From Pseudomonadota bacterium (GTDB lineage Bacteria > Pseudomonadota > Alphaproteobacteria > UBA9219 > RGZA01): a stretch of DNA of 60,623 nt. The stretch lies in contig JBEHYA010000001.1 in NCBI GenBank assembly GCA_048498415.1, positions 1 to 60,623 on the forward strand. Direction: 5' to 3'. The first letter of the stretch is position 1. Every line of letters begins with the position of its first letter. The position numbers were made by a program, and so were the translations under genes. This document shows, piece after piece, positions 58,194-60,623 of this stretch. The notes under the pieces were generated by a model, which had not been told where the DNA came from, searched no databases, and worked only from the letters and a program-made list of their open reading frames with translations.

Positions 58194-58348
58194 GATGTGG
58201 CTCCCAGTGATTGAATTTAATTCCATGCTAACGGGCGCTGAATCTTTTTGCCGTGCGGTTCCATCAAGAACCCGTAAAAAATCCATAAGTGTTTATCTTT
58301 ATGCGTTGTTGTGGGCCGTTTGCGCTGCTTCGTCCGGCTTTCTTATGA

Positions 58349-59023
58349 ATGCCCCGATACGCTTCAACCATGACCCATTCTGCCTATTCGCATAAACAGA
58401 ATCACAGCCTTGCCGCCGTCGCCGAAAACGCGGGCGAGATTCTGCAGAACGTTGCCCAGCACAAGATCTTCTTGTTCCTACTGGCAATGGCATTTACCGG
58501 CATGATTGTCTGGCCGGTCCTCCAGCACAATCTGGTCGATATCAAACATTTCCTCATTCACTTCCGTTATTACTGCGCCCACCATACGATGGAAGGCCGG
58601 ATGATCTTTGTGGGCCTGTTCCTGGTCACGCTGTTCTTCGCGCTGCCGCTGTCCACTATTCTCATGATGCTGGTCGGCCTTACCTATGGCTTTACCGATG
58701 CAGTGACCTTGGTGATGGCATCGCGCATGTTTGTTGCCATTGTCGTATTTCTGGTGGCGCGCAACACCTATCCGCCGCGTAAGCTGGGTGAAGCGCTGCC
58801 GTTCTTGGCCACATTCAAACGCCATCCGGGCTTTGGTCTGGCGCTGATGCGCTTCGCGCCGATCCCCGATTCCATGGTCAGCTACGGCATGGGCACCAGC
58901 AAAATCAGCCTCACCCGGTATGCGTTGGTAAGCTTTGCCGCCATGCTGCCGGTCACGCTGGCGCTGGTGTGGATCGGCAAGAGCCTTGGCAGCATCACGC
59001 ATTTTATCCAGTACATCGCCTGA
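58349..59023 (+). CDS. TVP38/TMEM64 (DedA-related, SNARE-associated) family membrane protein
   Basis: Multi-TM protein with ...LMRFAPIPDSMVSYGMGTSKISLTRYALVSF... typical of the family. Start codon uncertain. Confidence 0.7.
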   Translation: MPRYASTMTHSAYSHKQNHSLAAVAENAGEILQNVAQHKIFLFLLAMAFTGMIVWPVLQHNLVDIKHFLIHFRYYCAHHTMEGRMIFVGLFLVTLFFALPLSTILMMLVGLTYGFTDAVTLVMASRMFVAIVVFLVARNTYPPRKLGEALPFLATFKRHPGFGLALMRFAPIPDSMVSYGMGTSKISLTRYALVSFAAMLPVTLALVWIGKSLGSITHFIQYIA

Positions 59024-59056
59024 CCATGGGCCTAAGCCGTGACAAGTGCGGGGTGG

Positions 59057-59074
59057 TGACTTATATATAAGTCA
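59057..59074. promoter_or_regulatory. perfect 18-bp palindrome upstream of tldD (operator or -10 region candidate)
   Basis: TGACTTATA|TATAAGTCA, ending 24 nt before the tldD ATG. Confidence 0.3.
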
Positions 59075-59098
59075 TCGCTCTCTCACATCCGGCCCGCC

Positions 59099-60532
59099 AT
59101 GAATCCTACCCGCACCACACATGACCTGTTTTTCGCCAAAGCCGGCCTTGATAAGGCCCGCACGCAAACAATCGTCGATGATGCGCTGGCCGGCATGGAT
59201 GATGGCGAGCTATTCCTTGAATATAACACTTCGGAAAGTCTGGTCTTCGATGATGGCAAATTAAAAAGTGCCAGCAGCGATGTCGGGCAGGGCTTTGGCC
59301 TGCGCGGCGTGAAGGGTGAAGCCACGGGTTTAGCGCATGCCACCACCATCGATGAAGCGGCGATCAAGCGTGCCGGCCAAACCGTTCAGGCGGTGCGCAG
59401 CGCCCATGGCGGCAAGGCCGACGTCAACCCGCCCCGCACCAACCGTCATTTGTATGGTGAAGAAAATCCATTGGCAGCCCTGGCGTTCGAGAAAAAAATT
59501 CAGCTTTTGCAAACCATTGATGCCTACGTGCGCAGCAAAGACCCGCGCGTCATTCAAGCATCTATCACCATGTCCGGGGTCTGGCAGGCCGTACATATTA
59601 TGCGTGCTGGCGGCTATGAGGCTGCCGATATACGCCCGCTGGTGCGGCTGAATTTAAGCGTGATCATGAAAGACGGTAACCGCCAGGAATCCGGCTGGGC
59701 CGGCGGCGGGGGCCGCGAAAGTTACGACCGTTTCATCGCGCCCGAATATTGGCAGAAGCTCGCCGATACCGCGCTCGCCATGGCATCCACCAATCTCAAA
59801 TCGGTGGAAGCACCGGCAGGGGAAATGACCGTTGTCTTGGGCCCCGGTTGGCCCGGCGTTTTGCTGCACGAAGCCATCGGCCACGGGCTGGAAGGCGATT
59901 TCAATCGCAAGAAAACCTCCGTCTTCTCGCACCTGATGGGTGAACGCGTGGCAGCGCCCGGCATTACCGTGACCGATGACGGCGCGGTTGAACATCGCCG
60001 CGGCTCCCTCACGATTGATGATGAAGGCACGCCCACCCAGCGCACCGTGCTGATCGAAGACGGGATTCTCACGGGCTATATGCAAGACCGTTTGAACGCC
60101 CGCCTCATGGGCACGGCTTCGACCGGCAACGGCCGCCGGCAAAGCTACGCGCATAAAACCATGCCGCGCATGACGAATACCGTCATGTTATCCGGCCCGC
60201 ATGACCCGCAGGAAATTTTATCTTCCGTCAAAAACGGCATCTACGCCGCGCAGTTCGGCGGCGGGCAGGTCGATATCACATCCGGCAAATTCGTTTTCTC
60301 CGCGCAGGAAGCCTATAAAATCGAGAACGGCAAGCTGGGCGCGCCGGTAAAAGGCGCCACGCTGATCGGCAGCGGGTTTGATGCGCTTAAAAAAATCAGC
60401 ATGATCGGCAACGACAGCCAGCTCGATGGCGGCATCGGCACCTGCGGCAAGGATGGCCAGAGCGTGCCGGTTGGCGTCGGCCAGCCCACCATGAAAATCG
60501 ATTCCATGACCGTGGGCGGGGCGGGGGGCTAA
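59099..60532 (+). CDS. tldD: metalloprotease TldD
   Basis: 477 aa with HEAIGHGLEGD (HExxxH) and the conserved C-terminal ..GTCGKDGQSVPVG..P.. block. Confidence 0.94.
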   Translation: MNPTRTTHDLFFAKAGLDKARTQTIVDDALAGMDDGELFLEYNTSESLVFDDGKLKSASSDVGQGFGLRGVKGEATGLAHATTIDEAAIKRAGQTVQAVRSAHGGKADVNPPRTNRHLYGEENPLAALAFEKKIQLLQTIDAYVRSKDPRVIQASITMSGVWQAVHIMRAGGYEAADIRPLVRLNLSVIMKDGNRQESGWAGGGGRESYDRFIAPEYWQKLADTALAMASTNLKSVEAPAGEMTVVLGPGWPGVLLHEAIGHGLEGDFNRKKTSVFSHLMGERVAAPGITVTDDGAVEHRRGSLTIDDEGTPTQRTVLIEDGILTGYMQDRLNARLMGTASTGNGRRQSYAHKTMPRMTNTVMLSGPHDPQEILSSVKNGIYAAQFGGGQVDITSGKFVFSAQEAYKIENGKLGAPVKGATLIGSGFDALKKISMIGNDSQLDGGIGTCGKDGQSVPVGVGQPTMKIDSMTVGGAGG

Positions 60533-60540
60533 CCCCAGCC

Positions 60541-60590
60541 ACCTCATCCCCGCGAAAACGGGGATCCAGCTAACGCAGCGTCCGCGGCTA
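60541..60590. repeat. REP-like element (family 2 copy)
   Basis: acCTCATCCCCGCgaaaaCGGGGATCCAgc hairpin shares its arms with 20261-20287. Followed by a tagccgc-containing segment, as in the first copy. Confidence 0.55.
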
Positions 60591-60623
60591 AAGATAGAAC
60601 GGATGTTGGTTTGGTCCACTGGA

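Noticed and set aside
41766-58348. EcfG/general-stress promoters (GGAAC-N16-17-CGTT) upstream of csbD, DUF883, DUF1328 and the others
   Set aside because: Manual inspection of each upstream region found no match with correct spacing. The GGAAC and CGTT upstream of DUF1328 are 24 nt apart.

Overview
This is a moderately GC-rich bacterial chromosomal segment whose gene content and order look alphaproteobacterial: pdxJ-acpS-lepB-rnc-era, gatCAB, a CheS-type STAS gene leading a che operon, Sco and PCuAC-like copper proteins. The first ~26 kb is core housekeeping (comM/yifB, pdxJ, acpS, lepB, rnc, era, dps, an aminotransferase, pgi, mutL, xerD, accA, secA, a parvulin PPIase, mutT, ruvX, gatCAB) plus one MCP. 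From 26.6 to 31.1 kb lies a chemotaxis operon (STAS-cheY-cheA-cheW-cheB) that ends at a tRNA-Ser(GCU). From 31.5 to 41.8 kb there is mixed metabolism: a LysE/ArgO exporter, a divergent trans-sulfuration-family PLP enzyme, argJ, Sco, a NUDT9-like Nudix protein, an ADH, a DUF45 metalloprotease, prephenate dehydrogenase, and a lipid kinase with a phosphoesterase. The region 41.9-58.2 kb is the least ordinary. It is a dense island of small hydrophilic or membrane stress-type genes (two CsbD, DUF883/ElaB-like, YqjE-like, DUF1328, a Gly-zipper lipoprotein, sodB and several ORFs below 60 aa missing from the track). It also holds a 922-aa orphan protein with an extremely acidic disordered C-terminal half, and five two-component proteins: a KdpE-like regulator without kdpFABC, a CHASE3 kinase, a receiver, a hybrid kinase and a sensor-less kinase core. 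I found no CRISPR array, transposase, integrase, prophage or recognisable defence system. I cannot demonstrate a new system from sequence alone. The best candidates for follow-up are the orphan acidic protein, the stress and signalling island, the structured uORF-containing leader of the LysE-family gene, the MCP-coupled periplasmic protein and the NUDT9-like protein. Two families of REP-like intergenic palindromes are also present.
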